Shown: positions 10,722 through 19,781 of the stretch, piece by piece | Numbering within the stretch: the stretch's first letter is position 1 | Layout: every line of letters starts with the position of its first letter | DNA from: Verrucomicrobiota bacterium | GTDB lineage: Bacteria; Verrucomicrobiota; Verrucomicrobiia; Limisphaerales; Palsa-1400 | Reading direction: 5' to 3' | Assembly (NCBI GenBank): GCA_049513975.1 | Contig: JBEKVM010000029.1 | Coordinates: 12,783-76,782, forward strand | DNA length: 64,000 nt | The notes under the pieces: model-generated | What the model was told of the DNA's origin: nothing | Databases searched by the model: none | Seen by the model: the letters and a program-made list of their open reading frames with translations, nothing else | Program-made: the position numbers and the translations under genes

Positions 10722-11381
10722 ATGAGAATTCTAATTGTGGAAGATGAGCCGGATTTGCTCCGCAGCCTGGCGCAAGCGTTGCAGGAGGAGGGCTACGCCG
10801 TGGACACCGCCGCGGAGGGCGAAACGGGGCTGTTCAACGCGCAAAATTATGACTACGACGCGGTGGTGCTGGACGTGATGCTGCCCAAGGTGGACGGCTG
10901 GGAGATCTTGCGGCGGCTGCGCAAAACCAAAAAGACGCCGGTGCTGATGCTGACGGCGCGCGACCAGCCCAAAGACCGGGTGCGCGGACTGGACACGGGC
11001 GCGGACGATTACGTGGTCAAGCCGTTCGACCTGGCGGAATTGTTCGCGCGGCTGCGGGCGCTGATCCGGCGGAGCGCGGGCCGGACGAGCAACGTATTGA
11101 CGGCGGGGGACGTTGTGATTGACACGGGGGCGCGGCAGGTTTTGCGGGGCGGGCGGGAAGTGGCGCTGACGGCGCGGGAGTACGCGCTGGTGGAGTATCT
11201 GGCGCTGCACCAGGGCGAAGTGGTCACGCGCACGACGCTCTACGAGCATTTGTTCGACGAAAACGAAAGCACGCTGTCCAACTTGCTGGACGTGCATGTT
11301 TCCAACATCCGCAAGAAGCTGGGGGCGGACTTCATCATCACGCGGCGCGGGCACGGCTACTGCGTGGGAGGCGGGGCATGA
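10722..11381 (+). CDS. OmpR-family two-component response regulator
   Basis: Receiver domain (MRILIVEDEPDL...DVMLP) plus winged-helix C-terminus (...HVSNIRKKL..IITRRGHGY). Confidence 0.9.
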   Translation: MRILIVEDEPDLLRSLAQALQEEGYAVDTAAEGETGLFNAQNYDYDAVVLDVMLPKVDGWEILRRLRKTKKTPVLMLTARDQPKDRVRGLDTGADDYVVKPFDLAELFARLRALIRRSAGRTSNVLTAGDVVIDTGARQVLRGGREVALTAREYALVEYLALHQGEVVTRTTLYEHLFDENESTLSNLLDVHVSNIRKKLGADFIITRRGHGYCVGGGA

Positions 11382-12877
11382 TTTTCCGGTCCATCCGCTG
11401 GCGGCTGCAGCTTTGGTACGGCCTGGTTTTCCTGGCGCTGCTGGCGGGGTTTGGGTTGACGGCGTATGCCTTGCTGCGCAACGACCAGCTTCGCCACCTG
11501 GACGAGGAATTTCTGAGGCGGATGGGGCCGGTCTCCAACTCCTTGCGTCCACTGCGGGGCGGGCCGGGGCCGGACGGCCCCCGCATGGGCCGGGGCGGGC
11601 GGCGGGGTGACCGGGGTGATCGGGGCGGCCGGGGCGGTGACTTTCCAAACGGCGGACCACCGGAGGAGGGGATGTTTCCAGGCCCGGGCGAGCCGGGATT
11701 TCAATTTCATCTTCCATCGGAGCAGGCGGCGATGTTTGGCAGCGAGAGCAATTCTTTTTATTATGTGGTCTGGGCGCGGGACGGCAAGGAACTGGCGCGG
11801 TCGGTGGCCGCGCCGCCCGAGGTGCCGCGGCCGGAGGACACCCGGGCGCCGCAAGGACCGCCGGAGTGGCGAATGCGCGGAGTGTTCCGGGAGTTTTGGC
11901 ATCCCACGCCCGGCGGGGAAATGGTGCTGGTGGGACGTTCGATCGCGGAGGACCTGGCGGGGCTGCGGCTGCTGGCGTGGGAACTGGCGGGGGCGGGCGG
12001 GGTGGTGCTGTTGCTCGGTTTGACGGGCGGCTGGTGGGTGGCGACGCGGGCGATCCGGCCGATCGAAGACATCAGCGCCACAGCGGTGAAAATCGCGGCG
12101 GGGGATCTTTCCCAGCGCATCAGCGCGGCGGACACGGACAACGAGCTGGGCCGTTTGGCGGCGGTTTTAAATTCGACATTTGCGCGGCTGGAGGCGTCGT
12201 TCGCGCAGCAAAGGCAATTCACCTCGGACGCCGCGCATGAATTGCGCACGCCGATTACGGTGATGCTGACCCAGACGCAGACGGCGTTGAACCGGGAGCG
12301 CGGCGCGGCGGAATATCGGGCCACGGTGGAAGCCTGCCAGCGGGCGGCGCAACGGATGCGCAAGCTGATGGAATCCCTCCTGGAACTGGCGCGGCTGGAC
12401 GCGGGGCAGGAAACGCTGCAACGGGTGCCGTTTGACTTGTCGAAAACGGTGAACGAGTGCGTGGAGCTGGTGACGCCGCTGGCGGAAGCGCGGGGGCTGA
12501 GAATTCATTGCGCGGCGCCGGCGTTGCCGTGCGCAGGCGACCCGGAACGGATGGGCCAGGTCATCACCAATCTTCTGGGCAACGCCATCGAGTACAGCCA
12601 GGAATGCGGCGAGGTGCGAATCAGCGGGGAGAGACAAAGCGGGACGGTGAAATTGAGCGTGAGCAACAGCGGGCCGGGAATTGCGGTGGAGGATTTGCCG
12701 CGGATTTTCGAGCGATTTTATCGAGTGGACAAGGCGCGGTCGGGGAGCGGGGGACACACCGGGCTGGGGCTGGCGATTTCCAAGGCGATCGTGGAGGCGC
12801 ACGGGGGCAGCCTGGAAGCGGCCAGCCGGCCTGGAGAGGGGGCGACCTTCACGGTGCGGCTGCCGGAGGGGGGTTGA
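11378..12877 (+). CDS. Sensor histidine kinase (HAMP-HisKA-HATPase)
   Basis: 4-nt overlap with the regulator gene. H-box SDAAHELRTP, N/G boxes (NLLGNAIEY, GLGLAISK). Unusual Gly/Arg/Pro-rich sensor loop. Confidence 0.9.
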   Translation: MIFRSIRWRLQLWYGLVFLALLAGFGLTAYALLRNDQLRHLDEEFLRRMGPVSNSLRPLRGGPGPDGPRMGRGGRRGDRGDRGGRGGDFPNGGPPEEGMFPGPGEPGFQFHLPSEQAAMFGSESNSFYYVVWARDGKELARSVAAPPEVPRPEDTRAPQGPPEWRMRGVFREFWHPTPGGEMVLVGRSIAEDLAGLRLLAWELAGAGGVVLLLGLTGGWWVATRAIRPIEDISATAVKIAAGDLSQRISAADTDNELGRLAAVLNSTFARLEASFAQQRQFTSDAAHELRTPITVMLTQTQTALNRERGAAEYRATVEACQRAAQRMRKLMESLLELARLDAGQETLQRVPFDLSKTVNECVELVTPLAEARGLRIHCAAPALPCAGDPERMGQVITNLLGNAIEYSQECGEVRISGERQSGTVKLSVSNSGPGIAVEDLPRIFERFYRVDKARSGSGGHTGLGLAISKAIVEAHGGSLEAASRPGEGATFTVRLPEGG

Positions 12878-12977
12878 GAAGGCAGAAGGTTGAAGGTTGA
12901 AGGTTGAAGGTTGAAGGCTGAAGGCTGAAGGTTGAAGGTTGAAGGCTGAAGGCTGAAGGTTGAAGGTTGAAGGCTGA
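12874..12977. repeat. Tandem heptamer microsatellite (TTGAAGG/CTGAAGG), about 14 units
   Basis: Direct reading. Starts at the histidine-kinase stop codon. Confidence 0.9.
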
Positions 12978-13099
12978 ATCAATACGGAGGACAGGGCGGA
13001 GCGAGAGAAACCCACGTTTATTGTTGACGCTTCTGCCAGCGGTCGGGAGCTGCCGAGGAGGGTGGGCAATAGGCAACGCAGGAGGCCGTCGAGAACGAT

Positions 13100-14476
13100 T
13101 TGCAGTGCGGCGGAGGACCGGGGGGGATCAATGAATTTGCGCCTGATCCAAGCGATTACGCCGCGCTGCTACGTGCCTTGCAATTGGAGGACGGTGACGG
13201 AGCAGGGCGGGAAGGTGCGGGTGAAGGTTTTGCCCAGGCCGGTCACCTTCGCGGTCACGGGCACTATTCTTTGGGGTTCCTTGATGGAATTGGTGTCGTC
13301 CGGGCTGCTGGCGCTCAAGACGGTGGTTTGGCCGGCAGACTCGATGCCGGAAACGCCGCTGATCTCAACCTGCACATCCTGCGGCCGGCCGGCACTGTTG
13401 ACGACCTTCTGTATATTGCTGACTACAACAACAACCGCGTTCGCAAAGCGGATGCCAACGGCATCATTAGCACGGTGGGGGGCAATGGCATCCCGGGCTC
13501 TTCCGGGGACGGCGGCGCGGCCACCAATGCCAACCTGAATCATCCCCAAGGTGTGGGCTGGGACGCTTCCAGCAACCTGTATGTTGCTGACCTGGGCAAT
13601 CAGCGCATTCGCAAGGTAGGTGCCAACGGCATCATCACCACCATCGCTGGAAATGGGGGCCATATCTATTCCGGGGACGGCGGTGTCGCCACCAATGCCA
13701 GCCTGGATGCCCCTGCTGGAGTTGCGTTGGACGGCGCTGGCAATTTGTATATCGCCGACAGTTCAAACCAACGTATTCGCAAGGTGGACGCCAACGGCAT
13801 AATCACAACCGTGGCGGGCAATGGGACTTCAGGTTATATGGGAGATGGCGGTGCAGCCACCAATGGCCACCTCACCAGCCCAAACGGGGTGGCATTGGAT
13901 GCGTCGGGCAACCTGTATATCGCGGACTACAACAACAACCGCATTCGCAAGGCGGACCCGAATGGCGTTATCACCACCGTGGCGGGCGGAGGCGCGGGCG
14001 GCGACGGCGGCGCGGCCACGAACGCCAGCCTAAGCTTCCCCACCGGGGTGGCTTTGGATGTCTCTGGCAACCTATATATCGCCGACTCCGGTCACAATCG
14101 CATTCGCAAGGTGAATATTTCTGGTTCCCCGGCACTCAATTTAACCAATGTGAGTGCCAACGATGCCGGCAGGCACACCGTGGTGGTGGCAAGTTTTTAC
14201 GGCAGCGTGACCAGCGCCGTGGCCACGCTGACAGTCACCGACCCGCGCACCCCGCCGCAGATTATCGCCAGTGACGCCAGCTTCGGTTTCCTGACCAACC
14301 AGTTCGGGTTTAACCTCAGCGGCGCGGTCGGCCAGACGATTGTAGTGGATGGCTCGACGGATCTGGTGAATTGGACTCCGCTCTTCACCAATTGCTTATG
14401 CAGCAACCTGTTCTACTTCTGCGATCCGTGCTGGACCAATCCTCCGTGGCGCTTTTATCGGGCCAGGCTGCCGTGA
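13100..14476 (+). CDS. NHL-repeat beta-propeller protein with Ig-like C-terminal region
   Basis: Six repeats of the type NLYIADxxNxRIRKVxxNGIITTVAG. No signal peptide is visible, so the start is uncertain and the N-terminus may be damaged. Confidence 0.65.
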   Translation: MQCGGGPGGINEFAPDPSDYAALLRALQLEDGDGAGREGAGEGFAQAGHLRGHGHYSLGFLDGIGVVRAAGAQDGGLAGRLDAGNAADLNLHILRPAGTVDDLLYIADYNNNRVRKADANGIISTVGGNGIPGSSGDGGAATNANLNHPQGVGWDASSNLYVADLGNQRIRKVGANGIITTIAGNGGHIYSGDGGVATNASLDAPAGVALDGAGNLYIADSSNQRIRKVDANGIITTVAGNGTSGYMGDGGAATNGHLTSPNGVALDASGNLYIADYNNNRIRKADPNGVITTVAGGGAGGDGGAATNASLSFPTGVALDVSGNLYIADSGHNRIRKVNISGSPALNLTNVSANDAGRHTVVVASFYGSVTSAVATLTVTDPRTPPQIIASDASFGFLTNQFGFNLSGAVGQTIVVDGSTDLVNWTPLFTNCLCSNLFYFCDPCWTNPPWRFYRARLP

Positions 14477-14648
14477 GACACCGATGGGAAATGCTAAATG
14501 CTAAATGATAAAGTGGGTCTCCGGAGGGGAAGATGAATTGGATGGTGAGTTTTAACGGCGGTTGGGGAAGGATAAAAAGCGGCGGGCGGCGGCGGAAAGG
14601 AGTCACGGATCGAGTCTCGGCCTACCGATTTTGAATTCGGTCTTTTAA

Positions 14649-14765
14649 GGGCGCATCTTGATACAACCACCCTTGGATGGATCAAACCCCTCACCCTAAC
14701 CCTCTCCCCACTTCGTGGGGCGAGGGAATTGGCAAATCGCATGGTGGTGGTATCAAGATGCGCCC
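14649..14765. repeat. About 22-bp inverted repeat pair enclosing about 70 bp (MITE/REP-like)
   Basis: GGGCGCATCTTGATACAACCACC at 14649 versus the reverse complement of GGTGGTGGTATCAAGATGCGCCC ending at 14765. Confidence 0.55.
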
Positions 14766-14827
14766 GTTTTTTAAACGGAGGTTGTTAATGGCTCGCGCAG
14801 CGCTGGGACGCGGCTTATGTTGAGGGG

Positions 14828-15427
14828 ATGAGCAGGAAAGCGGAAAGAATTGCGGGGATGATGGCGGGGATGAAGGGGGAAGCGCCAAACGACAAGGGAG
14901 TGGACCGGCATTATGCGGGGTATTTTGAGTGTTTTAACCGGGGGCTTTTTTATGAGGCGCATGATGTGCTGGAACAGCTCTGGCTGAGGCAACGGGGCGG
15001 TCCGAACGGGCTTTTTTACAAGGGGCTGATCCAGTTGGCGGGGGCGTTTGTGCATTTGCAGAAGGACCGGAGGGGGCCGGCGGCGGCGTTGTTGAAGCTG
15101 GCGCGGAGGAATTTGCAGGGGTATCCGGCGGCGCATGAGGGGCTGGAGGTGCGGGAGGTTTTGGTTCTGATTGAAGGCTGGCTGGGAAAATTGGAGGAGG
15201 GAGTCAATCCGCTGGAGGAGGAGGGGCGGCCGAAGGAGATTAGGATTAAGATGAAGAATTGCGGCAATCCGCTGGCGGCGGAGGGTGGAGTTGTTGAAGG
15301 GGCTGGATCAAAAGGAATAATGGACGCCCGGGTAGAGGCATTGAATGGCCCCATGGTAGATGAGCCGGGCCAGGGGGCCGAAAAGTTGCCAGGCCAGGAT
15401 CATGCCGATGAAGGAGACTCCGGGTGA
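14828..15427 (+). CDS. DUF309-family protein
   Basis: YAGYFECFNRGLFYEAHDVLEQLWL...LIQLAGAFVHL signature. The 3' end overlaps the convergent gene by about 120 nt, so the true stop or extent is uncertain. Confidence 0.55.
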   Translation: MSRKAERIAGMMAGMKGEAPNDKGVDRHYAGYFECFNRGLFYEAHDVLEQLWLRQRGGPNGLFYKGLIQLAGAFVHLQKDRRGPAAALLKLARRNLQGYPAAHEGLEVREVLVLIEGWLGKLEEGVNPLEEEGRPKEIRIKMKNCGNPLAAEGGVVEGAGSKGIMDARVEALNGPMVDEPGQGAEKLPGQDHADEGDSG

Positions 15428-16021
15428 ACGCAGGAAGGCGGTGTAGCGGGCGGCGGCGGATTCGGAAAGACAGAGGAGGGGGAGGCTGGAGCCGTCGAGG
15501 GGAGGCAGTGGGATGAGGTTGAAGGCGAAGAGAAGGAGGTTGAGATAGAAAAAGACGCTGAGGAGGACGGCGGCCAGTTCGCAGAGGCCCGGGCGATTGG
15601 CCGAGACGAGGCGGGTGGCGTTGCTGATCTGTTCCGGGGCGGTAAACCAACCGAGGTGGAAGCCGAGGCGAATGAGGAGCGCGGCGGTGAGGCAGATGAG
15701 GAGGTTGGAGACCGGCCCGGCCAGGGCCATGAGGGCGGCGCGACGGGGGTGGCGACAAGCCCATTCCGGATCGTAGGGCGCGCTGGCCCAACCAATCATC
15801 CAGCCGCCCATGATGTAGGAAAGGATGGGGATAATGACCATGCCGAAGGGTTCGCGGCGGATGTGGGGAATGGGATCCAGTGTGACCTGGCCGCCGCGAT
15901 GGGCGGTGGGGTCCCCCAACTTTAAGGCGACGAGGGCATGGCTGGCTTCATGCAAGGTGGTGGAGAAGAGAAAAGCGAGGTACCAGGCGGCGCCGTTGAA
16001 GAGGGTGATTTGCGGGGACAT
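15308..16021 (-). CDS. Site-2 protease (peptidase M50) family membrane protein
   Basis: HEASHALV (HExxH) in a polytopic hydrophobic protein. Confidence 0.75.
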   Translation of the reverse strand: MSPQITLFNGAAWYLAFLFSTTLHEASHALVALKLGDPTAHRGGQVTLDPIPHIRREPFGMVIIPILSYIMGGWMIGWASAPYDPEWACRHPRRAALMALAGPVSNLLICLTAALLIRLGFHLGWFTAPEQISNATRLVSANRPGLCELAAVLLSVFFYLNLLLFAFNLIPLPPLDGSSLPLLCLSESAAARYTAFLRSPGVSFIGMILAWQLFGPLARLIYHGAIQCLYPGVHYSF

Positions 16022-16067
16022 GGTTTGGAACTGCCGGGAAGGAGGGGGCTGTCAAAAGAAGCAGACA

Positions 16068-16616
16068 TCAAGAGGGCATCATGCCGGTTTTGCGGGCGTA
16101 GTTAAAGAGGCCGCCGGCATCCACGACGGGGCGGACATCGCCGAGGGGTTTGAAGGGGTGGGTTTTTCCGGTCTTGGCAATGGTGACGGCGGCCCGGTCC
16201 AAATCCACGGTGACGACATCGCCGGTTTGCAAGGCGTCGCAGAGGCGGTCGGCGCATTCGCAGGGATAGAGTTCGCCGGTGGCCACGGAGTTGCGAAAGA
16301 AAATGCGGGCGAAACTTTCGGCGAGGACGACATGGCAGCCGGAGGAGCCGAGGGCGATGGGAGCGTGCTCGCGGGAGCTGCCGCAGCCGAAATTGCGGCC
16401 GGCGACGACGATGGGATAATCGCTTTGGAGTTTGCCTTGCTTGATGAAGCGGACGGGGTAAAGGGAGTCGGGCAGACCGGCGAGGGCGTGGCTGCCGAGT
16501 TTTTTGTATTCGGCGGGGATGGTGGGGACGAGGTTGAGGTATTGCGCGGAGATGATTTGGTCGGTGTCAATGTTGTCGCGCACGACGTAAACAGGGCCAG
16601 TAAAAACAGATTGCAT
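16068..16616 (-). CDS. Aconitase-family small subunit (LeuD-like, 3-isopropylmalate dehydratase small subunit family)
   Basis: NIDTDQIISAQYL and GRNFGCGSSREHAP motifs. No adjacent large subunit. Confidence 0.8.
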   Translation of the reverse strand: MQSVFTGPVYVVRDNIDTDQIISAQYLNLVPTIPAEYKKLGSHALAGLPDSLYPVRFIKQGKLQSDYPIVVAGRNFGCGSSREHAPIALGSSGCHVVLAESFARIFFRNSVATGELYPCECADRLCDALQTGDVVTVDLDRAAVTIAKTGKTHPFKPLGDVRPVVDAGGLFNYARKTGMMPS

Positions 16617-16747
16617 GGGTGGAATGTGCCCGAAGCGGAGGGGAATTCAAGGGTGTTGTTGCAGGGGAATGGGACGGGGGACTTATGGGACGCATGGGAA
16701 GGATAGGGCGAATGGCACGGATCGGACGCGCGGGCGGGAAGGGGCGG

Positions 16748-17848
16748 TTATTGTTGCGGGGTGGCCAGATAGGACTGCAATTGGCGGTGGCGTTCGGGGA
16801 GAGGGAGTTTGGCCAGTTGGGCGACGGCTTGGTAGAATTTTTCCAGGTCGCCGGCGTTGGCGCGGAGAAGGGAGTCGAAGGCGGGCACGAGATCGTAGTA
16901 GGCGGAGACGGTGTTGAGCTTGGCGTTGTTGATGGGCTGGTCGAACCAATCGTCGAAAGGGGATTGGCCGTCCCAGGAGGCTTTGAGAACGGAGTGGCTG
17001 GCGCGGAGTTGGGCGAGAATGTCCTGTTTGCGGGAGAGTTTGGCGGTGTCGGATAAGTTTGGGTTGTCATAGAGGGCCTGCAATTGGGCGCGGGCGGCCA
17101 TGATGAGGTCAATGAATTGATGGTCCTTGGCCAGATCGGCGCGGTAGCGGTCGCAAGCTTGGGGCGCAGAGGCAGCCAGGAGCCAGCGGCGCACGCCCTC
17201 GGACGCCACGGCGGTGGCGAAGGCTTCATTGAAGTCGGTGTCGCCGGGGACGAAGAGGCGCTGATGGGCCAGTTCGTGGAAAATAATTTCGGCAAGGGCG
17301 GAGTCGGGATCGTCTAGGAAGGTGTTGAGAACGGGGTCCCGGAACCAGCCGAGGGTGGAGTAGGTTTCGATGCCGTCCACATAGACATCCCAGCCTTTGT
17401 TGGCGAAGTCACCGGCATAACGGCGGGCGGGCTGTTCGTGAAAGTAGCCGCGATAGCTGACGCGGCCGACGATGGGGAACCACCAAGTCACGGGATCGAG
17501 GGAAAGGGCGGGGGCGATGTTGACGTTCCAGACGACAAATGGGCGGTGGAGGTCGGTGTATTTAAGGTAGCTCCGGCCGGCGGGGAGGAGGAGTTGTTGG
17601 GCGGCGAATTGGCGAATTGCCAAGATGGTTTCGAATTTGGCTTTGAGGGGGGCTGGAGTTTTTGGATCGGCGAGGAGCTTGGGGATGGACTGCTGATGGA
17701 GGAGGATTTGGCACTGGCCGGCGACGGCCTGCTGGTAGTAACCGACGGTCTGGCAGCCGGAAAGGGCGACAACCAGCAAGGCGCCAGCCAGCCCGCCGAG
17801 GCAACGGCGGAGAGTGGACCGGCGCGAACGGGGCGGGGCGTTATCCAA
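16748..17848 (-). CDS. Predicted zinc aminopeptidase (COG4324-like)
   Basis: Lipoprotein-like N-terminus (LSGCQ) and IFHELAHQ metal motif. Confidence 0.65.
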   Translation of the reverse strand: MDNAPPRSRRSTLRRCLGGLAGALLVVALSGCQTVGYYQQAVAGQCQILLHQQSIPKLLADPKTPAPLKAKFETILAIRQFAAQQLLLPAGRSYLKYTDLHRPFVVWNVNIAPALSLDPVTWWFPIVGRVSYRGYFHEQPARRYAGDFANKGWDVYVDGIETYSTLGWFRDPVLNTFLDDPDSALAEIIFHELAHQRLFVPGDTDFNEAFATAVASEGVRRWLLAASAPQACDRYRADLAKDHQFIDLIMAARAQLQALYDNPNLSDTAKLSRKQDILAQLRASHSVLKASWDGQSPFDDWFDQPINNAKLNTVSAYYDLVPAFDSLLRANAGDLEKFYQAVAQLAKLPLPERHRQLQSYLATPQQ

Positions 17849-17850
17849 GA

Positions 17851-18693
17851 TCAGTTGACGCCGAGGGCTTTTTTCACGGCCGGCTCCAAGGCTTCACCGC
17901 GGACGTTTTTGGCGATGATTTTGCCGGAGGTGTCGAGGAGGAAAGTGGCGGGGATGCTCTGGATGCCGTATTTGACCGCGAGGTCGTTCTGCCAGAACTT
18001 GCCGTCGAAATACTGGCGCCAAGGCATGTTATGGTCTTTGGTGAAGCTGATCAATTTGTCCTTGTCGCCGTCGCGATCGAGGCTGACGCCGATGATCTCG
18101 AAGCCCTTGTCGTGATATTTCTGGTAAACGGCGGCGACATTGGGGACTTCGCCGACGCAGGGGCCGCACCAAGTGGCCCAAAAATCAATCATGACCACCT
18201 TGCCTTTGTAGGCGGCGACGGACATGGGCTTGCCGTCCAGGTCCTTCACATCGAAATCGGGGAAGGCGGATTGGACGGCGAGGGCGTCTTGAATTTTTCT
18301 GGATTCTTCGCCCTTCTTGATGTTGGCGAGCATGGTGTCCACGTTTTTGGCCTGCTTGGAAGCGGGGAAGTCGCGCTGGAGTTGTTTGAGCATCTCGGAG
18401 CCTTTGTCCATTTGCTGGAAAACCTGGAGGTAAAGGGTGGCTTTCATGAAAGCGATGTTGGCCACGTCGTCGTTGGTTTCGCCTTTGTGCTTGGCGAGGA
18501 GGGCGTCGAACTCCTTGAGGTGGTCGGCCTGGTCGGCTTCGGTCCGATTCTGGCCGTCTTTGAGGCTGGCGGAGATGCGGAAGACCAAATTACTCAGTTC
18601 CAGCGCAGTGGCGCTTGGCTCGGCGGCGCGGGCGCGAAAAGAGGGAAGAAAAAGGGCGGCGACGGCGAGCATGGTGAGCAATCTGTTCTTCAT
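17851..18693 (-). CDS. TlpA-like thiol:disulfide oxidoreductase with N-terminal helical domain
   Basis: Signal peptide. Thioredoxin-fold motif FWATWCGPC. Confidence 0.8.
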   Translation of the reverse strand: MKNRLLTMLAVAALFLPSFRARAAEPSATALELSNLVFRISASLKDGQNRTEADQADHLKEFDALLAKHKGETNDDVANIAFMKATLYLQVFQQMDKGSEMLKQLQRDFPASKQAKNVDTMLANIKKGEESRKIQDALAVQSAFPDFDVKDLDGKPMSVAAYKGKVVMIDFWATWCGPCVGEVPNVAAVYQKYHDKGFEIIGVSLDRDGDKDKLISFTKDHNMPWRQYFDGKFWQNDLAVKYGIQSIPATFLLDTSGKIIAKNVRGEALEPAVKKALGVN

Positions 18694-18777
18694 AAAAGTC
18701 CTGAGTTTAAAACTGTTTGGAAATGTTCAACGACGGAGGAGAGCACGAGGCGGGGCGGAAAGCAAGGTTAATTGTCG

Positions 18778-18820
18778 GATTAAGGGATTAGGATTAGGAT
18801 TAAGAGATTAGGATTACGAA
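18778..18820. repeat. Tandem heptamer (GATTAGG/GATTAAG), about 6 units
   Basis: Direct reading between convergent gene ends. Confidence 0.85.
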
Positions 18821-19258
18821 TCAGCGTTTGGCGGCAGGGAGGGCCGGGGTCAGAAGGTCCACTTCGCCGCCATCGAGACCCAGGTGGCCGTCGCGCGGCT
18901 CGCAGCAGGATTGCATCTGGTTCCAAATGGTCTTGACGGACTCGGGGGCGTGTTCGGGCTTGGCGTGGCTGGCCCAGGTGAAAATCTCGATGAAGCGGGT
19001 CTGGCCGCCGCCATCCTTGTCGCGGACGATAACGTGGGGTTGGGCGGAAACCATGCGCTCCTTTTGATAAATGGCCCAGGCGCGCGCCAGGGTGTCTTGC
19101 AGTTGGGCTTCCTGGCCGGCTTTGACATGATAGGTGACCATGACCGTTTCAGGGGGGTCCGCTTTGGCCGGCGGAGTGCGTGGGGAATGGGACTTGGGGG
19201 TGGAACAGGCGGTCAAGGAGCCGAGGAAAAAGGCGAACCAGAGCGGGGTGATTTTCAT
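18821..19258 (-). CDS. Small lipoprotein, ABM/Dabb-like fold suspected
   Basis: MKITPLWFAFFLGSLTAC lipobox from the ATG at 19258. The upstream part of ORF 18821..19414 is Arg-rich noise. Confidence 0.5.
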   Translation of the reverse strand: MKITPLWFAFFLGSLTACSTPKSHSPRTPPAKADPPETVMVTYHVKAGQEAQLQDTLARAWAIYQKERMVSAQPHVIVRDKDGGGQTRFIEIFTWASHAKPEHAPESVKTIWNQMQSCCEPRDGHLGLDGGEVDLLTPALPAAKR

Positions 19259-19281
19259 AAGGCGGGGATAGCGGGCCGTAT

Positions 19282-19497
19282 TCATGCGAATACTAATCGG
19301 CCGCGCGGCAAGGGAATTTCCAAGCCGTCGTCTTTGGCGGTTTTGATCCAAAACTTGATGGCGTCTTCGGCGTTTTTTATGGCGGCGTGCCGTGTGGAGC
19401 CGTGGGCCATGCAACCGGGGAGCTCGGGCACATCAACCACGTAGGCTGTATCTTCCTCGCTCCACCAGACAATCATTTCATAGCGGTTGGGCTTCAT
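19282..19497 (-). CDS. hicB: HicB-family antitoxin
   Basis: YEMIVWWSEEDTAYVVDVPELPGCMAHG pattern. 4-nt overlap with the upstream hicA. Confidence 0.85.
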   Translation of the reverse strand: MKPNRYEMIVWWSEEDTAYVVDVPELPGCMAHGSTRHAAIKNAEDAIKFWIKTAKDDGLEIPLPRGRLVFA

Positions 19498-19736
19498 ATT
19501 AGTTTGTAATTTGCCAGAATTCTGCGGACTTGTCGAACTTGATAGGGCTTGGCGTTGGAGCCTTCGCGCTGGAGATTGATGCGTTCCAATACGCCTGTTT
19601 GGGTGAAAATATGATGGCTCGCCGAAACGCGCATCCGAAAACCTTTAGCCTGGAGCAGATGGCAAAGCTGGTCGAACCGGATGTTGGCGTCCGACTGGCC
19701 CCGAAGGATTTTTTCAAGGGTTTTTTCGGCACTCAT
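19494..19736 (-). CDS. hicA: HicA-family mRNA interferase toxin
   Basis: 80 aa with the ...GFRMRVSASHHIF... HicA signature. Confidence 0.85.
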   Translation of the reverse strand: MSAEKTLEKILRGQSDANIRFDQLCHLLQAKGFRMRVSASHHIFTQTGVLERINLQREGSNAKPYQVRQVRRILANYKLI

Positions 19737-19781
19737 TTTCGCATTGGATGGTATAGCTGGCGATTGTGTTTGTTCCCAATG

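Noticed and set aside
12874-12977. Tandem heptamers and heptad hairpins considered as CRISPR arrays.
   Set aside because: The units are 7-10 nt with no unique spacers of about 30 nt, and there are no cas genes in the window.
13062-13538. An alternative frame upstream of or overlapping the NHL-repeat gene, as evidence of a frameshifted N-terminus.
   Set aside because: No recognisable domain or signal peptide appears in either frame, so a frameshift cannot be shown by eye. Only start uncertainty is noted.
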